From a virus: a DNA stretch of 64,000 nucleotides. The notes beneath the pieces are model-generated. The model made no database searches, was not told the origin of the DNA, and was given only the letters and a program-made list of their open reading frames with translations. The stretch covers positions 16,493-80,492 of IMG/VR virus record IMGVR_UViG_3300012209_000006; one strand, written 5' to 3'. The translations under genes were made by a program, and so were the position numbers. Shown here piece by piece: positions 53,333 through 62,337 of this stretch. Positions within the stretch are counted from its first letter, which is position 1; every line of letters starts with the position of its first letter.

Positions 53333-55285
53333 ATGGCCGAAGACACAAAACCTATAGTTCCCATTCAAACGGGAAACAATCCGGGAGACGCTCCCGACAT
53401 AAACGCGCCATCCACTACGGCGAACGTTCCGCCTAGCGCGCCTGGGGCTCCGGCGACTCCGTCCCAGCCTGCCGCACCCGCTGCGCCAGATAAGCCTGGA
53501 TTCTTCAGCAACGTCGAGCAAGGGTCCAAGCATGTTCTCGGCGATATTTTCCAGACGCTTGCTGGCGGAAAGAAGAAGGAATGGGTTCAAACAGATAAGG
53601 GTCCGGTCGCCCAATACCGCGACTTGAAACCCGGCGAGATGGCTCGCGGAATTCTTGCTGCGGCTCTAACAGGTCTCGCATCCGGCTATGATCCCGCCAA
53701 CCGCGGGCGTGGACCGGCTATGTCTGCGGCATTCTCCGCCGGCTTTAAAGGCGAAGAGGAAGCTAAGAATGAGAAGGCTGGTAAGGAAGAAAAAGAAGCT
53801 CAGCAACAATTTCAGAACGAGGGCGTCGCGCAAGAACGAATGCTAGCCCTGCACAGGGACGCACGCGATCAGCAACGTTCGCTAGAACAATCTTCCGAAC
53901 ACGTAAAAATCATGCAGGAAACCGATCAGCGAATCGCCAGAAACGAAGTAGACTCGCAGCACACCGCGTTTGAGTGGGACGCCAAACAAGAAGCTCACAT
54001 GCAAGATTTGAAGAATTTGGGCGCGACTCCTATCATGGTGAACGGCAAACCTCTCGAGTTCACCAATCATAACGATGCTGTGGCTTGGGCTAATGCGCAT
54101 CCCGATCAGGCGGTGCGTCCAGGAAATTTCGATACCACATATGAACAAGATCCTACAACCGGACGATGGTCCGTATGGCAGAAACCTAAGGACAGAAACC
54201 GCCCGCAGTGGATGGGTGTTGCCGTCGACAGCGAAGGCAATCCCGTTCGCGACAAAGACGGAAAGATGACGATCGACAAAGCCCGCCCATTCTACGGAAT
54301 GGATGGCAGACCTGCAATTCCGGCCGAGCGTATGACTCCTCAAGAGTTCTATGATCGTAATGAGAAGACCATCGATATGCGGTCCAAGCGTCTACTCAAC
54401 GAAGCCAAGGCGGAAGAGTTGTCGCAGATGCGATTGGACAGAAAAGAAAAACTCGAGAAAGATCAGAGCATGAAAATTGCCCGTCAGCATTTGGATTCGA
54501 CAAATGGCGACATGAACGCCACAGACAAGAATGGTAATCTTGTTCTAACAGAATCGGACAGAGACGTGCTTATGCACGAACTCAGAAATGACCATTCGTA
54601 CTACGGCGCCATCATGGATAGCGGAATAAAAGAACTGCAAAACATGACGACCGATGATCCCAACCGCGCCAAGATTCAAAGCTTGGTTGACAACGCCCGT
54701 AGCATGCTCGGGCAAGAGATGTATCGCCAAGCTATGTTCGAGCAAACACCTAACAACGTGGAAGTTATTGCGCAGCGCGTCAGCAAGAAACTCATGGATC
54801 CTAAGACCGGTAAAGTCGACATGGACGCCGTCAAGAAAGAGCTCGGGCCAGACATTCCGAAACCCCTTGTGGATAAGGTTCTTGACAGAATCAAGGAAGG
54901 CAACAAGGTTCAAGCCGTTCAACAGACTCCAGATGCATTGGCGCAGAAGGGACTTAAGTTGGCCAACATATCTTTCAGCGGCCCGACTCTTCTGGCTATG
55001 CAAAATGCTGGATTGTCTTTGGACGATATCGGAAACAAAATCAGACCAGAAATCAACGCTCTAAAAACTACTCAAGAGCGCGCTGAATACATCAACAAAT
55101 TGAATGTCCCACAACCGGTCAAAGATGAACTTCTTAAATCGTCTGCCTCGACCGAGAAGACAGTAGTTAACAAAACGCCGGTGATGAGTCCGCAGGGGCA
55201 AATCTTTTACGCAACCGACGAACAACTAACGCAGGCACTCGCGGCCGGCGGTGTAATCGTACCAGAGCCAACCGCGAAAAAGTAA
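53333..55285 (+). CDS. Internal virion (ejection) protein
   Basis: Pro/Ala N-terminus, hydrophobic glycine-rich segment, long charged helices. Confidence 0.6.
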   Translation: MAEDTKPIVPIQTGNNPGDAPDINAPSTTANVPPSAPGAPATPSQPAAPAAPDKPGFFSNVEQGSKHVLGDIFQTLAGGKKKEWVQTDKGPVAQYRDLKPGEMARGILAAALTGLASGYDPANRGRGPAMSAAFSAGFKGEEEAKNEKAGKEEKEAQQQFQNEGVAQERMLALHRDARDQQRSLEQSSEHVKIMQETDQRIARNEVDSQHTAFEWDAKQEAHMQDLKNLGATPIMVNGKPLEFTNHNDAVAWANAHPDQAVRPGNFDTTYEQDPTTGRWSVWQKPKDRNRPQWMGVAVDSEGNPVRDKDGKMTIDKARPFYGMDGRPAIPAERMTPQEFYDRNEKTIDMRSKRLLNEAKAEELSQMRLDRKEKLEKDQSMKIARQHLDSTNGDMNATDKNGNLVLTESDRDVLMHELRNDHSYYGAIMDSGIKELQNMTTDDPNRAKIQSLVDNARSMLGQEMYRQAMFEQTPNNVEVIAQRVSKKLMDPKTGKVDMDAVKKELGPDIPKPLVDKVLDRIKEGNKVQAVQQTPDALAQKGLKLANISFSGPTLLAMQNAGLSLDDIGNKIRPEINALKTTQERAEYINKLNVPQPVKDELLKSSASTEKTVVNKTPVMSPQGQIFYATDEQLTQALAAGGVIVPEPTAKK

Positions 55286-55296
55286 AAGGATAGATC

Positions 55297-58200
55297 ATGC
55301 CAGACTTCAATTGGAGTCAACTCGAACGAGCCGATACGCCTGCTGGAGCCCCTCCAGCCACCGAGCCGGCATCCGGTCAACCGTCTAGCAGCGGTTTTGA
55401 TTGGAGCAAACTCGAGTCAGCACCGGGTGCGCCTGCAGGCGGCGCATCCGCGGCCGGTACGCCCCAGTCAGATATCTGGAGCGAGCTATCTAAAACCGCG
55501 GAAGCAGAGAAGCCAGCGTCTGTCGCCAATCCGGTTCCGAGTACGGACATCTGGAATAAGATGGAGCCGATTGATGATCCAAGAAACGTAACCGATCGCT
55601 ACGCTCAGACTGCGGACACCCGCGGTCTCAGCGCAGACGAACGCGCGTACGGAAATTCAGATCCCGAGAAGATGGAGGATGAGCCGTGGTACAGCAAGGC
55701 GTGGGAGTGGATGAACTCTCCGCTTTACGATCTACATAAGTGGGGGACTCGTGAAGGTGCCGGTCAATTCGAACGTGGAGTTGAATCAGGTCTAGAGGAT
55801 ATCGGGTCAGGTTTTCTTACCCCGCTGCAGTTGGGTTTGACGTTAGCCACGTTCGGCGGTGGCGCGGTAGAAGGTGCAGGTCTAAGCGTTTTGCGTAGCA
55901 TCGGCGTTAACGAAGTCGCAGCGCCGATCGTAGCGCGCGCAGCCAAGGGCTTGATGACCGCTGGATTCTCTATAGACATGTTGCACGGCTTGATGACTCA
56001 GTCTCCAGAATTCCTGGACGCACTCAAGGATGGAGACATCGAGACAGCAACCCGCTTGGGAACAAACATGCTGGCTACCGGCGTAATGTTGCGTGAAGGT
56101 TTGAAACACGGCATTGAAGACGGGAAGGCTGTCAAGGAGTATATCAACAAGAAGAACGGCACGGTCACAGATCATTTGAAACTTTCAGCTGAACTGGCTG
56201 GCAAGTATGACGAAGCCAAGAGCATGGGCAACGATTCTGCCCGCACCAAGATGGAAGCCATAGCGACTCAGCTGAAAGAAGCTGGCGTCGATAACAAGAC
56301 GACGGAAGCTGGCATCCGCCACTACATGACCCAGGACGGAGAAGTCAGCCGAATCCAGAAGATGATCGGGATAGCGGAAGGAACTATCCGGCCCCGCGAA
56401 TACACAGCCGAAGAGAGCGCGCAGATTGAGAAGGGCGCCGAACTTCGCAAGTGGGCCAGCGAAAGCGGACCCGTTGTATTGAACTCTGACGGCTCACCGC
56501 GCACGTTGTATCTAACTGACAGCGCGGAAGGCACGCACCAACTCGGGCAGACGTTGTCGTACGCCGGAGATCCTGCGGACGCGCACTACGTCCAGATGAA
56601 GAAACCCTACACGTTCGACAGCGAGGAAGCCATGAAGGCTTTTGTCAAACGCGTCGGAGACAGTGCAGGTCTTACGGACCCTAAGGAAGCCCAGGTCGCT
56701 GCAGTTCACGAATTGGAAAGCAAAGGCAACGACGGCATCGTATACAAGGGTGATGACGGAACCGCCAAGGTTATCACGTTCCACGACGAACAGTATCGTC
56801 CCGTAGAAGAATTCAAGAAGGCCGCAGATGCCGCGTGGAACCGCGAGCACGTTTATGCCGCGGTTGATTCGCAGTTCGCAGATCAGATCCGCAACGCCGG
56901 CCTCAAGAGCCCGCGCCGGAAAGAGATGCGTTACTACGCCACGGCGGACGAAGCCCTTAAGAACGCAGTGCTGCCCGAGAGCGGAAACGCGAAGGACGTG
57001 AAAGTCTATTCGGTGCCGCGCGCAGAAGTTGAGCAAGGCATCCGCGAAGACCTGACGCAGAAAGCCGGACCCACAGAAGCGGGCCCGCGCGAATTGGTCA
57101 AAGATACCGTCCCTGACAGCGACCTAGTCACCAGCCGCACGCACATGCCCGGACACGAGCTCGAGATTAACGAAGAAGGGAAGCTGACCGGTCGTTCTAC
57201 CCCGCTGCGCCCTGTAGGTGCCGAGGATATGCCGGGTGATAATTCTCGCTTCGTCAACTCCTACACACCGGAAGAGAAACAGGAACTGATCAACGGCATG
57301 AAGGCCGCCCTGAGTCTAACGGACAATCAGAAAGCTGTAGCAAAAACGCTGCGCCAGTTGTACGACCAATCGTTCCAGAAGGCGTGGGAGCACGGCCTAA
57401 TCCGCCAGTGGGTTGAGTCCTACCATCCGCAAGCTTGGGCTAGCGAAGACAGCAGCATGTGGAATACTTTGTTCGGCAAGAATACTGAGAAAGTTACCAG
57501 CGGCACGATGAACGAATTGCGTAACGACACCAATGCCGGGCACTTTGATACCAACGTTAACCAAGCTAAACACCGCGCATTCCAAACAGAATTCCAGGGC
57601 ATCATGGCCGGTGAGAAGTTCAAGTCCGATGACTTGTCCATGCACGCGTTCAATCACGTGCGCGCCATCGAAAGCGCCATCGCAGGTCGAGAGTTCGTCG
57701 ACGGACTGCGCGCCAGATCCCTCAAAGCCACCGATGGCAGACCCGCCGCGGTATTGGCTGGCACGACTCGAGTGATGGGTGGAGATACCGGCAACCCCGC
57801 GATCGCGATCAGCCCACGATCGATTAAAGCTATCCACATTTCCCCTGAGAAAATCCAAGCGATGCGCGAAGGAATCAACCCGCGCACAAACATGACAGAT
57901 TTGGAGGAAGGTCTCCAGAACGGGACAATCGAAAGACTGCCTTGGACAATCGACGTCGAAGGTCCGGACGGCCCCCGTAAGGAGAACGCCTACGCGTATT
58001 CTACAGAAGGCTATGTCTCGATCGATCATCCGTCGATGCGTGGGTGGGGCTACTCCGGTCACGATACCGCGGGAGCGCCTGCTATCATGCACGGCAACAT
58101 TATGGTTCATCCTGACTTCGCGACAGAAGTCCGCCGCGTTGTAGGCGCCGAGAAGTCTGTTGTCCGCGAGAGCAAGATCCTAAGCGGTATCAACGTTGCG

Positions 58201-59571
58201 GCCGGCGAAGCTAAGGGCCTGCTGCTATCCATCTCGCCTTTCCACATCGTGCAGGAAGGTCTGCGCGCTGCGATGGTCGGCATCAACCCACTGCGCTTCG
58301 ATCACATCGATATCAACTCGAATCCGGATCTCCAGATCGGCGTGAAGAATGGTCTCGTGCGAAAGGACTACCGCGCCAAGGACAAGTTCTCAACAGGCTA
58401 TGCCAGCCACTCCAAACTGATCAGCGCCATACCCGGGCTGAACAGAATGCAGGGCGCAATGCAAGATTTCCTGTTTGATAAATACATACCCGGCCTAAAG
58501 GATCGCGCCTATCTAAAAATGTACGAAGAGATGCGGGCTCAACATCCTCAACTGTCTGCGGACGAAGCTTCGTCCAGAACCGCGGATATGACCAACGATA
58601 TTTTCGGCGGACAGAACTGGCGCAAGCTAGGCGTCTCGACGTCGCAGCAAGACTTCGCACGTATGGCTGCGCTGGCTCCCGATTGGTTGTTATCAGAAGT
58701 CCGCATGCTTGGTCGCGCCGCTGGTCTCATGGACAAAGAGTCCGGAGCCATGTCACGCAAGATGATGGCGAAGCAGGTCGCCGGATTGTGGATAGCCGCT
58801 CGCGTTCTTAATATGTTATCTACCGGACAGATGCACAACGAAGCTCCGTTCGGAGTCGCCAGCAAGAACGACAAAGGCGAAGAGAAGGTCTACTCGATTC
58901 GTACTCTTCCTACTGACTTGATGCATGTCATCAGCGACCCGTCACAGTTCATCGCCAACCGCGTCAACCCTCTTACCGTTCGTCCTTCCGTCGAGTTTCT
59001 TACGGGACGCGACGCCATGGGGCGCAAGGCTACGTGGGATACACAGGCTAGTGACTTGGTTCGTAACGTCGTACCGATCGCCGGACAGAATCTAATCCGC
59101 GGCGGTGAGATGAGCGGAATCGATCAGATAACGAAGGCCGCCGGCGCCACAATCTACAAATACAGAACGAGGGCCGAAAAGCTGGCGCAGGAATACGCTT
59201 CGGATCGCATGCCATCAGGGCCTGTGAATCCAGAGAACCTCGCCAAGCACCAAGAAGATATCCGCCTAGAGGACGCCCTTCGTAAGGGCACGATCGCACG
59301 CGGGGATTTGCTGCAGAAGGTTTCCAAGCGGCGCGCGGATGAGATTATTCGCCGCGCACCTATGTCTCCGCTGCAGGCGCGATTCGATCGACTGCCGTTG
59401 TCCGAGTCCGTCAACGTTTGGGATTCGTCTACGCCGTCCGAGAAAGATCAGCTGAAAACTTTGCTGTGGAAGAAACGCCAGGAGTTCATCAAGCAGCACT
59501 CTGTCAGAGAACGTGAGTCAGACCCTACGTGGCGCAAGCTGCAAAGTATCTACGCTGATATCAGGAGATAA
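55297..59571 (+). CDS. Large internal virion/polyvalent-type protein
   Basis: 1424 aa, last and largest of the ejection cluster; four N-terminal W-S/N-x-L/M repeats; possible degenerate ART-like domains. Confidence 0.65.
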   Translation: MPDFNWSQLERADTPAGAPPATEPASGQPSSSGFDWSKLESAPGAPAGGASAAGTPQSDIWSELSKTAEAEKPASVANPVPSTDIWNKMEPIDDPRNVTDRYAQTADTRGLSADERAYGNSDPEKMEDEPWYSKAWEWMNSPLYDLHKWGTREGAGQFERGVESGLEDIGSGFLTPLQLGLTLATFGGGAVEGAGLSVLRSIGVNEVAAPIVARAAKGLMTAGFSIDMLHGLMTQSPEFLDALKDGDIETATRLGTNMLATGVMLREGLKHGIEDGKAVKEYINKKNGTVTDHLKLSAELAGKYDEAKSMGNDSARTKMEAIATQLKEAGVDNKTTEAGIRHYMTQDGEVSRIQKMIGIAEGTIRPREYTAEESAQIEKGAELRKWASESGPVVLNSDGSPRTLYLTDSAEGTHQLGQTLSYAGDPADAHYVQMKKPYTFDSEEAMKAFVKRVGDSAGLTDPKEAQVAAVHELESKGNDGIVYKGDDGTAKVITFHDEQYRPVEEFKKAADAAWNREHVYAAVDSQFADQIRNAGLKSPRRKEMRYYATADEALKNAVLPESGNAKDVKVYSVPRAEVEQGIREDLTQKAGPTEAGPRELVKDTVPDSDLVTSRTHMPGHELEINEEGKLTGRSTPLRPVGAEDMPGDNSRFVNSYTPEEKQELINGMKAALSLTDNQKAVAKTLRQLYDQSFQKAWEHGLIRQWVESYHPQAWASEDSSMWNTLFGKNTEKVTSGTMNELRNDTNAGHFDTNVNQAKHRAFQTEFQGIMAGEKFKSDDLSMHAFNHVRAIESAIAGREFVDGLRARSLKATDGRPAAVLAGTTRVMGGDTGNPAIAISPRSIKAIHISPEKIQAMREGINPRTNMTDLEEGLQNGTIERLPWTIDVEGPDGPRKENAYAYSTEGYVSIDHPSMRGWGYSGHDTAGAPAIMHGNIMVHPDFATEVRRVVGAEKSVVRESKILSGINVAAGEAKGLLLSISPFHIVQEGLRAAMVGINPLRFDHIDINSNPDLQIGVKNGLVRKDYRAKDKFSTGYASHSKLISAIPGLNRMQGAMQDFLFDKYIPGLKDRAYLKMYEEMRAQHPQLSADEASSRTADMTNDIFGGQNWRKLGVSTSQQDFARMAALAPDWLLSEVRMLGRAAGLMDKESGAMSRKMMAKQVAGLWIAARVLNMLSTGQMHNEAPFGVASKNDKGEEKVYSIRTLPTDLMHVISDPSQFIANRVNPLTVRPSVEFLTGRDAMGRKATWDTQASDLVRNVVPIAGQNLIRGGEMSGIDQITKAAGATIYKYRTRAEKLAQEYASDRMPSGPVNPENLAKHQEDIRLEDALRKGTIARGDLLQKVSKRRADEIIRRAPMSPLQARFDRLPLSESVNVWDSSTPSEKDQLKTLLWKKRQEFIKQHSVRERESDPTWRKLQSIYADIRR

Positions 59572-59573
59572 CA

Positions 59574-59807
59574 ATGGAGCTGAGACACTGTAGTCGATGC
59601 AATAAATTAGTAGACGAGGACGGAAGTGACGAGCCTCGCGGAATGACTGCGGGCTATTACTACGTTCGTTTTTCGTGGAGTGAATTTGCAAATCCCGGAG
59701 AAGTATTTATTTGCGATGAATGCATGTGGAAAGATCCGAGATACATAGCACTATACGGAGTGCAAACATGGATACCATGCGTTGCCCCATCTGTAAAGCC
59801 GCAATAG
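59574..59807 (+). CDS. Small Zn-binding hypothetical protein
   Basis: CSRC and CDEC pairs. Confidence 0.6.
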   Translation: MELRHCSRCNKLVDEDGSDEPRGMTAGYYYVRFSWSEFANPGEVFICDECMWKDPRYIALYGVQTWIPCVAPSVKPQ

Positions 59808-59914
59808 ATCGACAGAAGCATGAAGACAGGTTTGTATGCTCGTGCGGTTGGAAGTCCAACCAGCCGGGCGATAAGATCCCGCCACGACAGACGTCGGGCG
59901 CGAAGGAGTTTTAA
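59768..59914 (+). CDS. Small Zn-ribbon protein
   Basis: CPIC...CSCGW; GGAG RBS. Confidence 0.55.
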   Translation: MDTMRCPICKAAIDRQKHEDRFVCSCGWKSNQPGDKIPPRQTSGAKEF

Positions 59915-59915
59915 A

Positions 59916-60329
59916 ATGGTTCCTAGTGATTATGTTGTTTCTCAATTAGCGAATATTATGTGGAATGAATCCCACGAGGACTTGCTATTGGGTATGACTC
60001 TGTGCGGGCTCGTGGTTCGAAACCGCCAGCTTGCCGGATGGGAAGACGGGCAATGGCTGCGTCTGATTCAGAAGCACGACACATACCGTTTCGATAATGC
60101 GGAGCCGCGGGTGATGAAGTTGGGGGACCCCCACCACGATCAGATGTTCCGCCGCTGCTTGGCTACGGCTGAGAACATTTATGCTGGACGCGAGCGGGAT
60201 ATTACGGAAGGGGCTTTGTGGTACGGACGCCTGAATGAATGCTCAGAACAATTCAAAGAAAAGATCGTACGGCAGATGGCGAACCACCCAATGATAGCCA
60301 CCATCGGCCGCAACGCCTGCTTCAAATAA
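59916..60329 (+). CDS. SleB-like cell wall hydrolase
   Basis: WNES...GM..CGLVVRNR, TEGALWY, TIGRNACF resemble Hydrolase_2; AAGGAG RBS. Confidence 0.6.
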   Translation: MVPSDYVVSQLANIMWNESHEDLLLGMTLCGLVVRNRQLAGWEDGQWLRLIQKHDTYRFDNAEPRVMKLGDPHHDQMFRRCLATAENIYAGRERDITEGALWYGRLNECSEQFKEKIVRQMANHPMIATIGRNACFK

Positions 60330-60405
60330 TTCTTCAATAATTCAAATTTCTCACGTCGAACGCAGTAACGCAGACTTCAAATTTTTCGTATGCCATAAAA
60401 TCTCC

Positions 60406-60633
60406 TCACTTAGCTACTATTCTCATAACCCACATTTGGCCCAACGAATAGCCGCGACGTTTCTCTCGCGTTTTTTGCCGGCGAATTGCGTTCTTGGCCG
60501 CTTGGTAGGTTTTAAACAAAGACGGCCCTGTATTACTGCTGGCAAAGAAGAGCGCCCATATTTTCAAGTCGGCTTTGTTGGCCGCTGTCTGCATGGGCCG
60601 TCCATTTTGTAAAACCATGTAATGAATGGTCAT
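60406..60633 (-). CDS. Hypothetical protein
   Basis: AAGGAG RBS on minus strand; 75 aa. Confidence 0.6.
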   Translation of the reverse strand: MTIHYMVLQNGRPMQTAANKADLKIWALFFASSNTGPSLFKTYQAAKNAIRRQKTREKRRGYSLGQMWVMRIVAK

Positions 60634-60665
60634 GATATTAAAGTTCTCCTTGAGCTTTTTGTCTA

Positions 60666-60848
60666 CTATTTTCCATAAAATCTCCTCACTCTGATTTCCA
60701 GTCTATCGCAATCCACCTGCAGTTGTCTACGTCTGTATCGCGCCAGCATGGGGCCTAACAGCCCCTCGGCGTCCTGCCTGTTGTATGCGTCTACGCGCGC
60801 CTGCAGTGCCGCGATATCTTCCCGAAGCTCCTGTTCGATCGTCGTCAT
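60666..60848 (-). CDS. Hypothetical protein
   Basis: ATGA coupling with the upstream minus-strand gene. Confidence 0.55.
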   Translation of the reverse strand: MTTIEQELREDIAALQARVDAYNRQDAEGLLGPMLARYRRRQLQVDCDRLEIRVRRFYGK

Positions 60849-61225
60849 TTGTATTTATCCTGCAGAGCCGTAGCTTGTTCTTTTGCCCGCTCTTCGCCGT
60901 CGGGGCCGAAATACGATATAACGGAGCCGGTAGGCGTCACTACATCCCACCAACCTGGGAAGTGCTTGTCCTGTCCCACCACGACGTTTCCGTACCACTG
61001 CACTGGCGGCCTGAGGGATTCTAGCTTCCTCAGCCTTATCTTGTGGCTCATATCTTCCGGCCGCTTCTGGACATGTTTGAACGCGTCAATCAAGTTGTTT
61101 AGAGAACTGAGAGGCGCCGTCAGCGCGGGCTTCTCCGGCTTCGGTTGCTCCGTAGTTTTAGGCTCCGCGTGGAGCTCCTTCCAGCGCTTCTGTATTTCCT
61201 CGATCTTTTCTTCCAACGTTTTCAT
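60845..61225 (-). CDS. Hypothetical protein
   Basis: Start at 61225 overlaps ASCH stop (ATGA). Confidence 0.65.
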   Translation of the reverse strand: MKTLEEKIEEIQKRWKELHAEPKTTEQPKPEKPALTAPLSSLNNLIDAFKHVQKRPEDMSHKIRLRKLESLRPPVQWYGNVVVGQDKHFPGWWDVVTPTGSVISYFGPDGEERAKEQATALQDKYK

Positions 61226-61650
61226 AGAGTTTCCGTCGTAGTGCCAGCCTTGTTCCAAGCCAAACCTTTGTGAGACTTCTTGTCATCCCAATCCCAAAAA
61301 CCTTGATGACCTTTCGCTAGGAGGGGAATCTGAAACTTGATAATGTTGGACAAGGGGTAGCCATACCGGCCCGGCGTAAAATCTCCGTATTCGTCCACGA
61401 AATATTCTTTGCCCTCTTTGTTGCGCTCGAAATGAATCAAGCCTTGTTTTGTAGCCACACCGAGAACTGCGCCTGTAGGAATGGTGTCAGGATTGTACCC
61501 GAAGCGAATACACGCCTCGCGATCTACCTTAAGCCCGGCATGAATTGCCACAAGCCCGTCGAAGTACCAAGGCATAGGCCGAGTCTCTATGATCTTTCGA
61601 CCATCAACGATCAGCGATGCCCAGGGTTGCCACAGTGTCAATGCTTTCAT
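61222..61650 (-). CDS. ASCH domain protein
   Basis: MKALTLWQPWASLI..G.K.IETR...IHAG...KGHQGFW. Confidence 0.88.
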   Translation of the reverse strand: MKALTLWQPWASLIVDGRKIIETRPMPWYFDGLVAIHAGLKVDREACIRFGYNPDTIPTGAVLGVATKQGLIHFERNKEGKEYFVDEYGDFTPGRYGYPLSNIIKFQIPLLAKGHQGFWDWDDKKSHKGLAWNKAGTTTETL

Positions 61651-61663
61651 TTTGCTCCTTGCC

Positions 61664-61870
61664 TTATCTCCAAGTAGGGTGTAATCTTTTCGTCACACAA
61701 CTTGCCTTCCGAGTCATAGAACTTCCCTTCAATCGCTTGTCGTCTTCTAACAACAGTTTGTTTATCTCGCTGAGAAGAATGTACTCATTTAATCCACTAC
61801 CAGCCAGATAAAACTCACTGTGAGAAGAATTGTTAATTGCTCGTCTCAATTGAGATAAAGTTAGCTTCAT
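61664..61870 (-). CDS. Hypothetical protein
   Basis: ATGA coupling, GGAG RBS. Confidence 0.6.
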   Translation of the reverse strand: MKLTLSQLRRAINNSSHSEFYLAGSGLNEYILLSEINKLLLEDDKRLKGSSMTRKASCVTKRLHPTWR

Positions 61871-62337
61871 GCTATTTCTCCATTCACCAATTTCTTGAGC
61901 TCTTCTTCCGCAGTCGCCTTACCTGCAGACGCCATCGTAAGCTTGGCCTCTTCACGAAGTAGATCGGACTTGATCCTCTCCACGATCGCTACATACTTAG
62001 CGTATTCCATAGTCGCCTTGGCGTAGGCGGCGGCTGCACGCATAACCTTGGATGCACGAGAATCATCCGTCGGTAGAGCGTCGAAACACACTTCGTGAAA
62101 TTGCGGCGTCGGATTACTGGTCGAAGTAGGAAAGGTAATGCCAGAAATGGTTGCTACCGGCGTCCACTTCTCGATGTCTTCTGTATCGACAGGCTCGGGA
62201 GTGCTCAGCCCTTCGATGTTTGGCGGAGCCACTATCCGATCTTTGGCCTTGTCGGGGTCCGACACAATTCTCTTCGGCTTGGCGAACTGGCAGGCCAAGC
62301 AGTCTGTTACACCGTGTGCTTCACATTTGTCTCTCAT
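61867..62337 (-). CDS. Hypothetical protein with C-terminal coiled coil
   Basis: CEAH..TDCLAC N-terminus; ATGA coupling. Confidence 0.65.
   Translation of the reverse strand: MRDKCEAHGVTDCLACQFAKPKRIVSDPDKAKDRIVAPPNIEGLSTPEPVDTEDIEKWTPVATISGITFPTSTSNPTPQFHEVCFDALPTDDSRASKVMRAAAAYAKATMEYAKYVAIVERIKSDLLREEAKLTMASAGKATAEEELKKLVNGEIA

Noticed and set aside
55297-59571. Tape measure protein or virion RNA polymerase
   Set aside because: No tail tube or chaperone context, no periodic tape-measure repeats and no RNA polymerase catalytic motifs seen.
646-60000. Numerous minus-strand and alternate-frame ORFs in the track
   Set aside because: They overlap well-supported + strand genes and show no motifs or RBS; regarded as shadow ORFs.
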